From contig NC_092675.1 of NCBI RefSeq assembly GCF_964355755.1, positions 739,812-803,811 of the forward strand: a stretch of DNA of 64,000 bases, in the 5' to 3' direction. Below the pieces are notes generated by a model that worked only from the letters and a program-made list of their open reading frames with translations, searched no databases and was not told where the DNA came from. A program made the translations under genes and the position numbers. Source of the stretch: Antedon mediterranea (taxonomy: Eukaryota; Animalia; Echinodermata). Position 1 is the first letter of the stretch, and the number at the start of each line of letters is the position of its first letter. Below are positions 63,958 to 64,000 of the stretch, in pieces.

Positions 63958-64000
63958 CTGAAATAGATATATTTATTAATTTTTTACGGCTTTACCACGT

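Overview
AT-rich, intron-rich eukaryotic genomic DNA from an invertebrate animal. An echinoderm-like deuterostome is my inference from the repeat content and gene architecture; it is not demonstrated. Four spliced protein-coding genes lie in tandem on the minus strand, and I reconstructed them by hand from GT-AG junctions and frame continuity. (1) A TspanC8/TSPAN15-like tetraspanin whose 3' end runs off the window. (2) A ~934-aa EFA6/PSD Arf6-GEF (PDZ-Sec7-PH-coiled coil), with a candidate 63-nt cassette exon in the PH domain and a candidate alternative last exon ending in -DSYL. (3) A ~879-aa protein with a disordered region, coiled coil and a single-exon non-RD (HND) kinase domain. (4) The 3' part of a single-pass membrane protein with a furin site, four ephrin-receptor-like Cys repeats, two EGF domains and a PPxY tail. 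Introns and intergenic DNA hold a Sola2-like long-TIR transposon whose transposase is split by a Deu/Nin-type SINE, a DINE-1/HINE-type Helentron derivative, a 2.8-kb TIR element 37 bp upstream of the EFA6 ATG, several MITE families and minisatellites. The most notable patterns are: TAGGCCTA/CTAG palindrome clusters marking the first intron of every gene start, the phase-compatible receptor + kinase gene pair, an in-frame triplicated splice acceptor, and minisatellites built from transcription-factor motifs. Most short ORFs in the supplied track are spurious.
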